Assembly (NCBI GenBank): GCA_951406725.2
Contig: OX597814.1
Coordinates: forward strand, 13,888,001 to 13,952,000
From: Octopus vulgaris
Taxonomy: Eukaryota
DNA: 64,000 nt
Direction: 5' to 3'
The position numbers and the translations under genes are program-made. The notes beneath the pieces were generated by a model, which was not told where the DNA came from, did not search any database, and saw nothing but the letters and a program-made list of their open reading frames with translations. Of this stretch, positions 1 to 16,059 are shown in pieces; the stretch's first letter is position 1, and the number at the start of each line of letters is the position of its first letter.

Positions 1-691
1 GAAAGAGCAAAAGTACTGACAATGATGATCACCAAAAAATAGCTTTCGACCAATACGGTAAACCAAGACAAGAAGTGGGAAACAAAGCAGGAAATTTACA
101 AAAGTATACGCATAACGTGTTTCGATACGACGATAGTATCTAGGAAAATTGTGCAAAGTAACATTAAGAGAACAAAACAAATATCAATTGTAGTGAAAAG
201 AAAATGGGTAAATAAATGAAACAAGCCCAGAGGCGAAAGTCATTTTCAAAGATAACATTCATTTCATGGAAGTATGAAGGGGTAGATAAAAGTATAACGG
301 GATGATGCTAAACTGCAGATTCATGAAGGGGAGAGATATATAGGGTAAGAGCAGAGCCAAGAGAGAGAAAGAGAATGATAAATTGACATGGACGAAACAA
401 TCGCAGAGACAACGAAAATAAAAAAGAGTAGAAAGTGTCGACGATGCGAATAAACTATAATTAAATAGTCAACGGTGTAAAGAAGGGAGACAAAAAATAA
501 TGTAATGGAGAGAAGCAGAGAATTTGAATGTGTTTATGTATATACATATATGTTAGTATACATCTAAATACATGTGTGTATGTTTATCTGTACACATGCT
601 TATGAACATGCGTAAGTGTGTGTGTGTGTCTTTGTATGCTTATATGTGTATAGATGCTTGTATGCATCTTTATATATGTATGAATGCATGA

Positions 692-765
<74 letters not shown>
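692..765. repeat. (TA)n microsatellite, representative of more than 25 such tracts in the window
   Basis: Perfect TA run; source of the artefactual YIYIYI ORFs. Confidence 0.98.
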
Positions 766-767
<2 letters not shown>

Positions 768-1221
768 ATATGTATGCGCATATAATTTATAACTGTTTCA
801 TCCACTAGAAACCGTTATAAATTTTCTTACATTATATAAAATATAATTGGATATTTTCAATTTGTTTCAATTTACACCTTTATTCAAACCATTATTTTCA
901 TACTTGGACTAACTTTTTTAAAATGAAATTATTGAAATAAATATTTGAATGAATAAATATTAACATACAGATATTTATTTTCGCAGGAAAAATCTTATAA
1001 AGATACTAACACACCAATGATTTTGCACGTATACAAAAATTTAGGCAAGTGCACTGTGAAAATAGCACATATATGTGTGTGCGTATATGTGTGTGCGTGT
1101 GTGTGTGCGTATGTGTGTGTGTGTATGCGTGTGCATGCGTATGTGCGTGTGTGTGCATGCGTGTGCAGTTTGGGTGTACATTTATTTTCGCATGTATGTA
1201 TATAAATGTTTGTGTATACAG

Positions 1222-1272
<51 letters not shown>

Positions 1273-1795
1273 ATATATATATGTATGTGTGTGTGTGTGT
1301 GTGTGTATGTACATAATTACATCAAGCACAATTGAAATGTAATAATATACAACATATAATTCAGTTATTTATTTCAAGAAGCGTTCAATCTGTACATTCA
1401 TTTTTAAATCTTTATTACAAACATTTTTCTTTATTCTTTCGAGAAACAAAATTTAAAAATACAAATTAGGTAACTAAACACAGGCGCATACAAAAGCACT
1501 AGAACACATGTACTCTAAATTCTCGTACATGCCATACAACTGTTTGCACAATTACATACGCCTATACACATTCACATACAGACGGGCACAAGTTTTGTAA
1601 TTCGCACACTGCTGTACATAACCATACCAGACTCTCAAAATTTGAACAACAGGCATTTGTAAAAAGAAATATCTCTCAGAATTAATTACAAAATGTAGTA
1701 CCTCTATAAGAGGTATTTTAGGATCTTATGGCTGATATATATATATATGTGTGTGTATGTGTATATTTCAAATAATATTACAGGCAGCTTATGTC

Positions 1796-1882
<87 letters not shown>

Positions 1883-2425
1883 CATATATATATACTATAT
1901 CCTAAAATAATCTAAACATATGTACGTACATTAATGCGTATAGATATGAAAATAACCACACGCCTTCTCACATTCATGCCTATTTCATAGCAACTGCACA
2001 AAAGCAAGCGCATAGAAATACACAAAATATAGAACTCATTTGGCAAATTATAAAATACAAAAGAGGCCTCTTAGAAATTTACACATTAATATAGTATTCA
2101 ATCGCTAAATCGTTAGAAAGCATATTCATATTTTTAACCATCTATTTAACGTCGTTGCAATACAAAATCTATCCAAGCAAATTCTTCCATTCAAATTACA
2201 GTCCTGAACCATAAAATGATATTTAACTTCCCTAACCTTCAAAATTATTTTGTATACGCTTTTGTTTTACGTCAATAACAAATATTTTTCTCCTTCATAT
2301 TGTATTGGTACTAAAGTTTGAAAGTAATCATAATATCGTTTTTATTCTTATATATAGCTTTGCATTTTTTTCCATACATAATAAATGAAATATCTAATTG
2401 TCTCTATTCACACAACCACATACAC

Positions 2426-2562
2426 ACAGGCGCATGGATGCTTCTTTCAATTTCTACTAAATCCACTCACAAGGCTTTGGTAGTCCTGGTCTACAGCGAA
2501 AGACATTAGTTAAGGGTGTCATCATTTGGTTAGGTGGCAAAAATTCTCACCACACGGCTACA
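2426..2562 (-). mobile_element. tRNA-derived SINE family B, decayed 5' half
   Basis: gcttctttca..aaatccactcacaaggctttggt..gacattagttaagggtgtc..tctcaccacacggc matches copies at 25225-25375 and 35614-35748. Confidence 0.75.
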
Positions 2563-2927
2563 TACAAGCGCACATATATGTGTGCACCTGTATGCATGTT
2601 TATATATATATATACAACAAAGTAAAGTTGTAAGGTACCACACGACTGGAAATATATATGAAAGAATGTCTGAAAATGTAATTTTAAAGATGGTTATTGA
2701 CTTGGCCGGTTTCACTTTTTTAGAAAAATTTGTCAAAAGTAAAATGCAAAGCTTTGTATAAGCTTTGTTGTATTAAGCACTGTTTATCACAAAGGTATTA
2801 AAATACAGTTATACATTATTTGATAAACTGTTAAAAACAGTTTACAAGAAAGTTTTTAAGAAAGTATTCAACAAAAAGTATTATGAGTTCAATAAAATTG
2901 GTAGTATATGTATATATATATATATAG

Positions 2928-3834
<907 letters not shown>

Positions 3835-6069
3835 ATGAGACAAGAACGCAACACATGCGAACAACTAGGTGATACAAAAATGGACAACAAAATGTCCAGG
3901 TAGACGATACAAAAAAACAAGGACGGGTCATTCGAAACTTCCTATCCTCATCTTCGCAATTTCGGCTGATTAGTCTTGACATTGCTCCAATATATATATG
4001 TATATATATATATATACATATTTCAGGTTATAACAAAGAACACTGAAGAAATGGTGGCTGCCTATGGGAGTGGTAAAAAGATGGGAAGATGCAAGTACAT
4101 CAGAGAAAAGAGGAAGGCAAGTTACAGTGGAGTGAAGAGAACCAAAGAAATGGAATCACTTGAAATTGGGAGAAAGATATTCATAAAACATTAATATCTG
4201 TAGTCAGATCAACACACGATACCATATTATCATTGTTCATATGTTAGTTATTCTCCAACTGTTGCGTTGAAATTTGATATGGACCATTTATAACCATAGT
4301 CAATATAAAACATTAATATTTGGTAATTGTTTCTATCAAGCATAGTTGTGGAATTATATTAGATGAAGAAATATCAGTAGTAATCACATTGTGACGTAGA
4401 GGTTGTGACTGCTCTCATGAGCTAGGATATAAAATACTATATATATCATGCACTTATATAACGTTATTGCAGATAGTAACTCATGTCTTATTATTCCAAT
4501 TAAACTAATTGAAGTGATATCTATTGAGTAGATATCTCTCTGATAATTGATACGTTTATTTAGGAGATATTTCTGTGCGTCGCTGTTGAAGATTTTTTGG
4601 AAACTGTTTTGTGAGTAAAAATCTCGTCGAATTTTTTTGCTTCATGGCTTTGCAAATTTGTATTGAAAATTCATTGGTATGTTCTGTGGGTTTGTGGAAA
4701 TTTCTGTTTTCATTTCATGTATTTAAAATTTTATATAGCTGGAAGGATATATTTGTTTGCGTGCGTGTATGTATGAAGTAGTGTTCATCGGGCTTTGAAG
4801 TACCAATATATTATATTACCAATGCGGGTGACGGTTTTTGAACATTAATATGCTTATGTGCATGGGGGTGTAAGTGTGTAAATGTATTTATAATTGATGT
4901 CAGATGTGAGCCAATTTAACAGCATATCCATTGCATATTATGTGCATATATTTTGTGGAATCGTATGTCCTGCTAGTGGCTTCGTCAATGAAGTACGCTC
5001 AACCGCTAGAGATATCGAAAAACAGTGCCAGAACTTGTGCTGCTGTCGCGACTATATCTCAATAAATCACATGACCTTGTTGCCTCGCCGCTGAACATGC
5101 GAACATTTATCTGATATAAACAAGAGCGCATTTAGCACCAAAAATGAATACAAGAGTTTCTCTAATGATAACTACTGCAGTATATTTATTCTAACAGAAC
5201 ATCCACGCTTAAGTGGTCATGAATATTACCTCTCGATAAGTTGCTTATGGTGTCGTTTACAATGAGATAAAATTTCCGAAATTATCTTGCCCAGCTCCCT
5301 AACATATCTTTGTAGTATACGTGGTGTGATATTTGAAGGTATATGTTCGTGTTTACCGATACCTTGTTAGTTTTTCCTAAGAGTAGTTTTTCCGGTTAAT
5401 CAATGTTAGTTCAATATATTTTGCTACTGACATGTTTACTATTGCAGTTATTCCCAGATCAATTACTTTTAAATGACTTTATAAAGGCCTTTCCTAATAC
5501 TGCTCTGAACATATCCGTTCATGTTTTAGATATGGTTAAGCTGTCATCACTGCTTAATCAATTTTGCCTATACCTTCCCAGATGTACAACCCCCAAATTT
5601 CACGTTTTTCTCCTTCATAGCATCTCATTTTTCCAACAACGACTCACCATCTTTCAACTTGTTCAGGATACGATTTCAATGAATGCGAGTGATTTTCTTC
5701 TTGAAATAATGGTGTCTACTTAATGGTTCTGATTTTGGTGAAGTCGTGGAAGAAGTCAAGAGGTTTTAGCGAGTGGTAGTTTGTAGTGGGAACTGGGCAG
5801 ATATCAACAGTATCAAATAGCGTGGATCTGTAAGAATTTTCGCAAATTTTTGGATTGGTGGCGGCAGAATATTCGATGACAGCTGTATTGTTTATATATC
5901 CGGCACGATGTCGCATATTCATGATGATTTTGTTTTGCCGAGTTCTTTTTCATTTATGTCAAATTCTCCATTCATTGGGTTCATTACTCAGCGTTCATGG
6001 TTTCTCATAAGATTGCCTCTGTGGTGCTTCAGTAGCATATGGATTTCTTGTTTTGATATGTATTGTCGT

Positions 6070-6118
6070 CTGTCATCTACTCGTGCTGTCATCTACTCGT
6101 ACTGTCATCTACTCGTGC
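6070..6118. repeat. 16-bp tandem repeat, 3 copies
   Basis: ctgtcatctactcgt(g/a) three times. Confidence 0.95.
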
Positions 6119-7646
6119 ACTTGATGTTTCGTTTCTCTGTTCAGGATCTGCTCGTTTGCAAGCCTTATTGTGTTTATTGGAATATTATCGAATATCCCAT
6201 GTAAGAATATTGTCTTTTCTGAAGTTATTAGAGTTCACCACCTCTCTTGTAATGATTCGAGACCTGCATATATTTTCATTGGAAAAGTATTTTGATAACT
6301 TTTCAATCTTACTTCTCATATGATATTGATGATCTCGTTTTCAAATCTGTGGTGCAGAGAGTCGCGGGATTTTAGATTTTAGACTAATTAATGGTGGTAT
6401 CCAGCATGTTTGCAGTCTAATGAGTAGAACCAGTAAAAGATAAAGGTTATTCCACGAGTCTCTTTCAGTTTCTGTGCACCAAATCTGCTTACAAGTTTTG
6501 ATCGAATCTGTAGTAGAAGACTTTAGCCTAATATGCCACAAGGTTGGATAGAGCACGGTATCATATGGTCGGGAAAGAAACGATTTGCCACACAGCCAGA
6601 GATTATATTCGTTTATCTTTGAATGTCGATTCATAACAACATGTTATTCCGTTCATTTTGTCTTCAATGTTAGCTCTTTCAAATGAACATTCTCTGTTCC
6701 AAAGTAAATACTGAAATTTTAATGATCAGGTCTTTCAAGAAAATCCGATTACAGTTAAATTTCGTTTTTTTAGTTTCATCATAAAAGTAAAAGATTGTAA
6801 ATTGTACCTAAAAACATTTTAAGTCAGAAATATATGAAATATATATAAATCAATTTTTTCCGAAATATAGAAATGAGGAAGAAATCCGCATTTCACAATT
6901 TAAGGATTAGTTAGTTGAAACAGTAGATGTTTTTAAGATCCTTAAGTAATTATAATAGTTAAAAGGTTCTTTACATGCACCATTATTTCTGTCAATAATT
7001 ACGAGTATTCTCTCCATCAAAAACAGAAAAAATAAAACGAGGCAAAATATTGAATAGAAAAACATTTAACATTTTGTTTTGAGAGTTAATACGTCAAATA
7101 TCAGTTTGCTATTTTTATGGAATTCAATTAACATCATTATGCTTCAAGAAATTTACTTTCCTAACTTGATTTTCGTTGTCAGAAAATACACAATCTGCAT
7201 TACAGGCACAAAAATTGACTAATACAATTATTGTTCACTTTTTAATAAAATTTGAAATATATATATTTATATAAAAGTCTGTGTGTAACGAAGAGTGTAA
7301 AATAACAGATGGAAGAAAATATAAAATGTCCATTTACTAAATGTTGCTGACTATGCTAAGTCGATTTTATTTAAAAGGCTGCACATTTTATAAAGCATTC
7401 AGAATATACCTGAAATATGACCCACAATGAAAATATAAACGTATATTTCCCGTAGAAACGTTCTAATTTAATTTTCATAGTATGTAATTTAACTATAATT
7501 TAACTTCAAACAAAATGTATATTTCCAGTGGCAAAAACATGTAAATAAAATGTTTTTACGGAATTTACCCAACGCCGCTGAGGTAACAGATGAGCAGCAC
7601 GCATACACCTTCGAGTTAAAACGAAATATCTCCGATAATATCGGTA

Positions 7647-7683
<37 letters not shown>

Positions 7684-10600
7684 TTATGTGTTTATAGATA
7701 GAGATATAGATATAATGTAAGAACGAGTGAATGAGAAATACGAGCGAAGGGTTAAAAAAGCGTGAAAATAATTAAAGATAAAATAAAACAAAATTGAAGC
7801 CAAAACATTGAAAATTATTGCAAGTGGGTAGAAATAAACACTATGTAGTATAGAAGTAGTAGTACACTAGGGTACCTGTAGAAAGGTGAATGTAATTACG
7901 GAATATAACGAGGAAAAAATTGAATCTTGGGAAGTTTCCGAAAGTACTCTCACCATCTCAAGATTTTCCCCACAAATTACTTTATAGTCGTAATGTTTGC
8001 CGTTTGAAAGGTATTTCTATAAAATTTCATTGCAAAAAAACCCATTTTCCTAAACGTTACTTTTGTTTGAAAGTGAAAGAGAGGAGAAAATGAAAGATGT
8101 ATGTACGTGTATATGACATAAATGTATGGGTATGTGTGTATGTTTGTATGGTGGAAACAGAGTGAGTGAAGGGGTGTTTAGTAGTGTATAGGTACATGCT
8201 TAAATATATATGCATATATCTTTTTTCTATGTATGCGTGCGTGTGTGAGAGAGATATATATAGAGAAAGAAAGAGCAATGTCTAAGTGTCACTCTCTCTC
8301 TCACATGCGCATACATACATACAAAATAGATGAGGCATACCGAAAGAATGTCAATAATAGCTCGTTAAAATCTCACTTGAACCGAATATTTAAATTTGGG
8401 AATTTGAAATATTCAATAATAACAGGAAATTAAGAAAGTAAATTTTCCTGAAATCTCCAATTTATAAAAAACCTCACTTGTTTAGTAAATATTTTTTCGG
8501 TAATTTATCGCAGTTGTAATATATATTTAATTTAAACAAACTTCAAGGTAACCCAACTATGATTAGCATGCTAGAAGCAGCAGCGATCACATTGCTATTA
8601 GCGAAAGGCTTATAGCGTTCTAAACAGCCATACCAACAAAATGACTTTTGTTTTTTAAATTATACCAGTATAGTGAAAAGAAAATTAATTTTATCAAAAG
8701 TATTCATCTAAGAATCTCTGGAAACTGATATTATTGTTGAAATTGAGCCTCGTATCATGAGCCTCAAAGTTATACAGCTATTTTGTCTAATGGCACTTAG
8801 TCATGCAACAATTTTCTTTTATATTATGCATATAGAATAAACTGTGGGTTTTACGAACAGCGAATTAAAACTTCAAATGAAAACATTGAAATGAATATAT
8901 ATATTAAATTATCGTTAACGAAAGTAGAGGTGAGAGAGAGTGAGAGACTGTTGCAATAAAAACAGAAAATTTCTTCCTGCAACGAATTAATATTGCTTAT
9001 TAGACATTAAAATCTACTCTGGAGTGAATGCAGCGAATATTTAAATACACTTCTTAAATTAAAATAACAGGAAATTTCTTGGAACATGAAAATAAATTAA
9101 AGGCCTTCATGCCTTTAATGATTTCTTTCTTTTAGTAACTGTTATATACGTTATTAATAAGCGACTTTCTACATTTTTATATAGATGATGCGAGAAGCCT
9201 AAGTCATGTGCATTATACATTATACACTTTTCATAATTTTTGTTTTTTCAAAACTATTGAAATAAGTTGTACAACTAACTTAACTAAACAATCCAAGATA
9301 TTAGCAAACGTGATGCGCAAAATGTTCTCAAATTCTCAGAAAGACGTTTTCTTTTATGCCTCTCTGTAACTTAGCCCATAGGCTGCAACCATGCTGAGAA
9401 CCGTTAGAGTTGTGACACGTACACATATTTTTGTGTATGTATGTTTGTGCGTGTCTGTTTATAGATATGTGTGCGTGTGTTTAATCGTATTTCAGTGGCT
9501 AAATACAACTACTATTCTGTATTATGTTTCTATGATACCATGACTCTGTAAAATGGTATTAGAATCAAATTTTCACCATAACTACCACATAAGTTGAGAA
9601 ATTTACTTTATTGGTTAAAGTTTTTCTTTTCCTAAATTCATGTTTTATAGCACGAAAAATGACTTGAAATACATAGACATATTTCCTGACATTTCAATAA
9701 AGAAAATCCATTGTGTTATGGCTTCACATATGCATATTATAAAATATTACAATGAAATACGAAAACGAGGGCTTTTGATTCGGAGTAGGTGGTCGTAGAC
9801 TGATGACGAATTGCGCATAATTAATCTACAGCATCAAAGTAAAAATCGATCTTATTTTAGATTATAGCACCAACGTAATTATTATTTAAAAATCACAATA
9901 ATTGATAATACATTATTATCATTCAACCTGAAGTATATGAGACGTTAAATATAGTTTTAATTTTAATTAATTTTGTACTTATATATGTGCAAACACAGAT
10001 ATATAGTGATATGCATACATATATATAGCGATGCATAAACAAAAATGAGTAATCTACTTTCAGAGATACATTATTCTTGTGAAAATTTATTGGAAAAACA
10101 GAGGACAACATTTAAGGTCATCGCTAAATAATAGACTGGTATGTTTTCGAAATATTTATTTAATATTTCTTAAAATTCAACATCTGGATAATTTTTTTCC
10201 CATAGCATTTAATACGAACATCAGGAAGTTTGTGCTGTGCAATGTACATTAGGTTGGAATTTCACTAATGAAATACGAGATAATTATTCGTTTCCGAGGA
10301 GTGTGATATGATATTCTAAAGAGAAAATGAAGCATTCACAGTCACTAGGAATTCTGTAGCTTTGTTTTAGCAGCAGAAAATTATGAAATGAGGATTCAAC
10401 ATGGTAAAAAAAGCAATCGATAAACTTGAAGCTACGTATTCATTTCCACATTAATTTATCGCAGAATGTGATTGGATATTGTTCGGTTATTTTACATCGG
10501 TGTAGTCACAAATACGATAGCCGACGTACATAAATGCTTTAGAGTATTAAGTTTCTGAAGCATCATTTCTATTTCCAGTGAAGTCAGTTAAACATTCATT

Positions 10601-11812
10601 GTTTCGTGGATCGATTCAGTCAAGTAAATGTACAATTCATAGAGTTGGAATATTGGAAGAAAATAATTAATTTGGACGAATCGAAGTGCTGAGGCAGCTG
10701 AAACAAAATGACAGTTGAACTAACAGAAACAATCTCAAAAAATAATACATACGAAAATTTTTTCCCTCTTTTATTCAACATCATTTACAACTGTATCTAA
10801 TTTCCTTAACGAGTATATAGTAAATCAATATATTTGTGCCACGTATATAGAAAGGAAATAGTTAACTAACTTGTTATTATTCTTATATCAAGTTACATTA
10901 TTCATACGGTAACTAATAAATTCAATTAGAATTGTTAAATAGTTTATTGTCATTACATTATGTTTGAAGAAAACGCTTGCGTGTAAATATGATTGTAATG
11001 GCAAGGCAGAGAATGTTGTCACTAACATATTTTATAAAGGGAAGATTCATTAAGTATAATTTAAGACAGTAAGAATAGATTTAAAGAAGGAATTGCTACA
11101 AATAGCTATGCCGCATTAACTTTTAAGCATGTTTACTATATTAAAGTCAATTTCAAATCAAAATATTTAGAAATATATGTACAAAATAACTGATATACTA
11201 TAAATCGATTAATTACGTAAATAAAATATCAGTAAACTTTGAGAATATTTCATTATTAGATAATGTCAATAAATCATTTGTTTTTTACTAGAAAGAATTA
11301 AAATTATAGTTGTTTAGAAATAAGGCAGATTGTGATATAGCCCCGAATATGAGAAATTTAATGAACGTATTGTTATCTCATGGAAATTCGAGAAAACTAA
11401 TGTCAGATTTAATATATTTTATTATGTGACTGATAATTATTTGAAAAAATACAAATCAATCCACACTCATTTCCAAGATATAATTACAAAAATGTTTGTA
11501 ATAAACTGTAGTATCTGCGTGAGAAGTGATATGATGAGTTAAGGCATGTCTCTTGTTAAAACAAACACTTTCCTACAGTTGCCTCTTGGTTTTCTTCAGG
11601 TCGCATTTACAAGTATTCTGAAAGAAAGCTAAAGCTATGATTCTTTATATTTTATTCCAACAACATAATTGCATTAAACTCACTTTAAGACCAGTTTTCC
11701 CATTCATCAATCCTAGTATTATTAAAGAATTACGTGTCTGTAAGACCTATATAACCAAGTATTCGTTTCCAACTCATGTGTATGACCATGTGATTCTGTT
11801 ACAAATTAATAT

Positions 11813-12012
11813 TAGGCAGCAATTTGGCAGAATCGTTAGCACGCCGGGAAAATGCTTAGTGATATTTCGTATGTCTTGAGGTTCTCAGTACAAATTCCTC
11901 CGAAGTTGACTTGGCTTTATATCATTTCGGGTTCAATAAAATAAGTAGCATTCTTACACTGGAGTCAATGTAATCGACTTATATCATTCCCCGAAATTGT
12001 TGGCCTTGTGAA
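11813..12012 (+). mobile_element. tRNA-derived SINE family A, decayed
   Basis: ggcagaatcgttagcacgccgggaaaatgcttag..aataagtagc..tggagtcaatgtaatcgactta; homologous to 26714-26940. Confidence 0.8.
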
Positions 12013-12020
12013 CATGTGGC

Positions 12021-12324
12021 AGCTTATTGTTCGAACACTTCGCTATTCTAATTTTCTTAGCCATCATTCTGTTGATATTACATTGAACATAAAGTTTACT
12101 TTTAAGCTTTGTATTCTTCTTCGGTTATTATAATCATTATCATCCTACATAAATACATGCGTGATTGTTAATGTGTGTGCTTACGTGATCATGTGACTGT
12201 AGAGTGGTAGCTTAGTGTTCCAACACTTCGCTATTCTTTTTTTTTTCTTTTGCATCATTCTGTTGATATTACATAGAACACCAAGAGTACTTTTACTCTT
12301 TGTAATTTTCTTCGGTTATTATAA
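12021..12324. repeat. Diverged ~115-bp duplication
   Basis: agctta.tgttc.aacacttcgctattct..catcattctgttgatattaca..cttcggttattataa at about 12021 and 12209. Confidence 0.85.
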
Positions 12325-13835
12325 CACCGGCCAACACATATTTACTGGCACAAGGTTTATCGGTGGTATTTAGCTAACTGTGGGATGCTGAATCCAAATT
12401 TGATATCGGATTTTGTTTATCACACTCGATTATTGAGACATAAAATTTTGAATTTTGCCTGAAACAGCTGTTTAATGCTCATAAAGAAAAAAGAATTAAA
12501 CTTACGTAGATGCAATGTTTAATAGAGATTATGCCATTTGTTTTTGTTTAATAAAGCAAAGCACAAAGTTGTATGAGTAAATGCACATTAGCATTTAAGA
12601 ATTAAGCTTCCCTGATAACAAGATATGAATACAAAATCTCTTATCGTTGTGAGCATTCATTCTGCAATAACTTTCTTTTTTTGATTATCTCTTGTACACA
12701 CTTGATGTTCTCATACTCCTCTTTCATTTCTATAGAGTGTGCTATTGGGTCTGAGCCATACAATTTCTCATAGTGTAGTAAAGAACATTTCAAGCTGCCT
12801 TTAGAGCTGTCAGTAATAATTCTTCACTCTCGTGAATCATATGCCGGTAGTCCCGTATTGAGAAGAAACACCTCAACATCATTGCAATAAACAAGCTGAC
12901 CATGTGAGCACTTCCATAGTTTTGCTTCTCTGTTACGATAAAAGGAGACATAGGTTCCAGGTTACAGCAGACGTTCCCCTTGCAGTCTGGAAGCCAATAA
13001 TTCAGCAGACTGCTTTGGAAAATCCAAATCACTGACCAGGCCATTCAATTCATGTTGACTACACAAATTAATCACAGTCTGTGTCAGCTGGCATAAGCTG
13101 CACTTCTTCATCAGCTGTAGGTGAATTGAGGCTTTCATCATCAGTCTGTGACAACTCAGTAGATACTACAGACGCATTTATTTCCTTAGTGTGTGCAACC
13201 GATCGGCGAGCAGATGGGATATCTATATGTTGCAAGTGTCGCTCGGTTTTCATATTGATGCATTTTACATTAACAAGGCAGCAGTAGCAGTTATCCACAT
13301 CAAAATGTTGTAATTATGTTCTTTCCTTGAGAACATAATGACAAAGTTTTAACACAGGTTTTGCAAACTTTGAGGTGGGCCCAGGTTTTGTCCTGGACTC
13401 CGGATGCTACTTTAAAGTAAGCAAGATACACGTTGATTATGTTATTGATGTTGCACCTTTGAGGCTCTGGAGAGATGTTTCCATAGATATAACAAAGGAC
13501 ATCGCTGTCATTACAACACTTCCTTCTTTTTGATCTTGTATCCATAACTAGACAAATGTGGTTCAGTTCAAACCTGAAATGAAAAGAAACGGTTTTAAAG
13601 CAAAACTCAGCTTGAATAATTTCACAGCATGAGAATCCAGCCAAAATTCATGTAAATAGCTGTATAAAGTTAATTTTTGCTATGATCCGAATAAATAAAA
13701 TTATATACCGACGCACAAATATGCGATGTGATAGAGCAAATCGGAGGTCAGTTTTGGAATTAGCACCAAAAGATTAGTCTAAAACAGCACTAAGATTTTA
13801 TGCCAGTGAATAAAATGTTTATTTTGTTGACAGTG
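12325..13835 (-). mobile_element. Chapaev3-like (CMC) DNA transposon, internally deleted, with transposase pseudogene
   Basis: Termini CACCGGCCAACA..TGTTGACAGTG, TAA on both sides (12322-24, 13836-38). Minus-strand fragments from ATG 13545: CCNDSDVLCYIYG..YLAYFKV..QDKTWAHLKVCKTC, DNCYCCLVNV..IPSARRSVAH, LLASRL, LKCSLLH..PIAHSIEMKEEYENIK; frameshifted, C-terminal part absent. Confidence 0.8.
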
Positions 13836-16059
13836 TAATATTTGTCAGTCAACCACGGGCATTAGTTAAGTAAAATGTGCTATTCATAAAAAGTGTGGCA
13901 TTATTTCCTAAGAATGTTGTATAAGTGTATTGCCAGCTTCATTTGTGTTGCGGAAAATACCATGCAATATTTATGCACATACATTCATATATGCTCTAAC
14001 CTCGCTGCGAGACAGATATCTAACCTGTGATGAGAATATATTTACAGCTGAGCACTAGATTTAAACCCATATTAACCACTTATCTATGAAATATGTCTTT
14101 GTAACTATGGTGGAGTGGAATATTACAAACATGCATAAACTTATTCTTAATTTTATTTTAATCACGCACTTGCATTTACACTTCCATTTAACCAAGTAAA
14201 CTAATAATTTTACTAAAATACTTGAAACATCTTCAGTGGTCAATCTTAATTAAGATTCTAAGATTCCATTTGCTTCTACAAGTTTTTTTATGCAACATTA
14301 GGATTGAAATACATGCAAAAATAAACGAATGAGAAAATCAAGCAAAATACCAAAGTATAGTATTTCGTTCATCTTCACTCAATCATTATTTCTACTAATC
14401 GGACGAACAATTTTATTCCTTCATCATTTCATCTTTTTCCTTTACTCTCTTTCTTCTTTCAGCATATGTGTTTTTCACCCACTTTTTCTCCTCAGCCTGT
14501 ATCTGTTATTTACACACTGTCATTATTTTCTTTCCATCTATTTTAATACATTTTAACCAGGAGTTCTTCACTTCGCCGCTTCTCGAAGATTCTCAAAATA
14601 TTTGTTGTACTTTTTAAATTGACAAATTCTAGAACCATGGTAAACTGCTGCATTCGATTAAGTTTTTGATGGTGATCAGAATCCATCATGCTGTGATTGA
14701 GTAAATCCATTCATAGCTATGAAAATTCAAAATTGGTGTTCCGTGATGTAAGGCATTAGACCCACATTTGTTCATTGATTTTGTAAACTATCTATTAATC
14801 GTCACACAGCCCAGAAACCTGAAACGAAAAATGTTTTTATACTAGCTCCAAAATATTACAAATAAAGAAAACCGAAAGAAACTCTAGTCTAATTTGTATG
14901 CTATAAGAATGCGGAAAGAACAGGCATCCTGTAAAATGTGAGAAAATTTGAACCTATACCCTTTGGAAAAGAGAATTCACTCAAGCAATCATATTCTATT
15001 ATTTCAGGAAAACCACTCACGCTTTTCTTAGGATTAACTTTTGACAACATTCTTATCTGCTGTGGTTACATCAATAGGATACCATGCTGGTTCCTCATAT
15101 TTTCCTCAGAGAGCCAAATATCGTCATTCCTGTTTTCTGTATATGACTACTATTAGAATACTGTTACACATTCGACTCACTATATGAAGCAAATCATTAC
15201 GGGGGTTGGGACAACCTCCCTCCCCCCCCCTAAAAAATAAGAAGTACAAAACTGACATGACTCATCTGGCACATTAGGAGCGTCTTAAACAGATAAACTT
15301 TATTCCTCTCCAATGGTGCAGTGGGCGCTATATTATTGCACAATAGGCAGACTATGTCACTAATATTTTCCAAAGATAATTTACATCAATTTTAGACATC
15401 AACTGTAGCTGGGATCCCTTGTCATACATATCCAACAGAGTTATTGTTCAGCTAATCGAGTTGCAACACAATTACGTCTCTTTCAGGCAATGCTGTATAT
15501 AGCATTATGTCGAAACAAATCAGATAATATGTATTAGCTCATTACATTCATAACATATCTGAACAAAGCTTGTTAAGTGCTAACTCACAGCCACCTATAA
15601 CTGGATACATTTCAGTCAACTCCTCCACTTCACTTTTTCTTTGAATGGGATACGATATCACAAAATGTAACTTCAAAATAACTTAAATGATTCCATGAAG
15701 TGGTGGATATGGCCGAAGTATACCAATATGAATATATTTGTATATATAACTGTGTGTGTGTGTGTATGTGTTTGTATGTCAGTGCGGATTTGTGTGCATG
15801 TGTGTGTGTGAATGAGTGTATACAATCCGAGTAACATGGGCAGCATTCAATATCAGCACACAATCCGAGTAACAGGACAGCATTCAAAATCAACTGTCAC
15901 AATATACCCATCTTGATGAACAACCTGTGAATGAAAAAGAATCAAAATATAAAATATTAAAAGTAAAATACAACCTGAATCTTTAAAAAAAAAAGCCTAC
16001 TTTATCAGCATCAAATTATCCAGCAAAAATATAATAAAATACAAAAATACAATAAAAAT

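Noticed and set aside
584-1342. [12 protein letters not shown] ORFs here and throughout the window
   Set aside because: Dinucleotide repeats lack stop codons, so these are artefacts.
6070-6118. Short repeats as a CRISPR-like array (also 39449-39500)
   Set aside because: Head-to-tail with no spacers, in a eukaryotic context.
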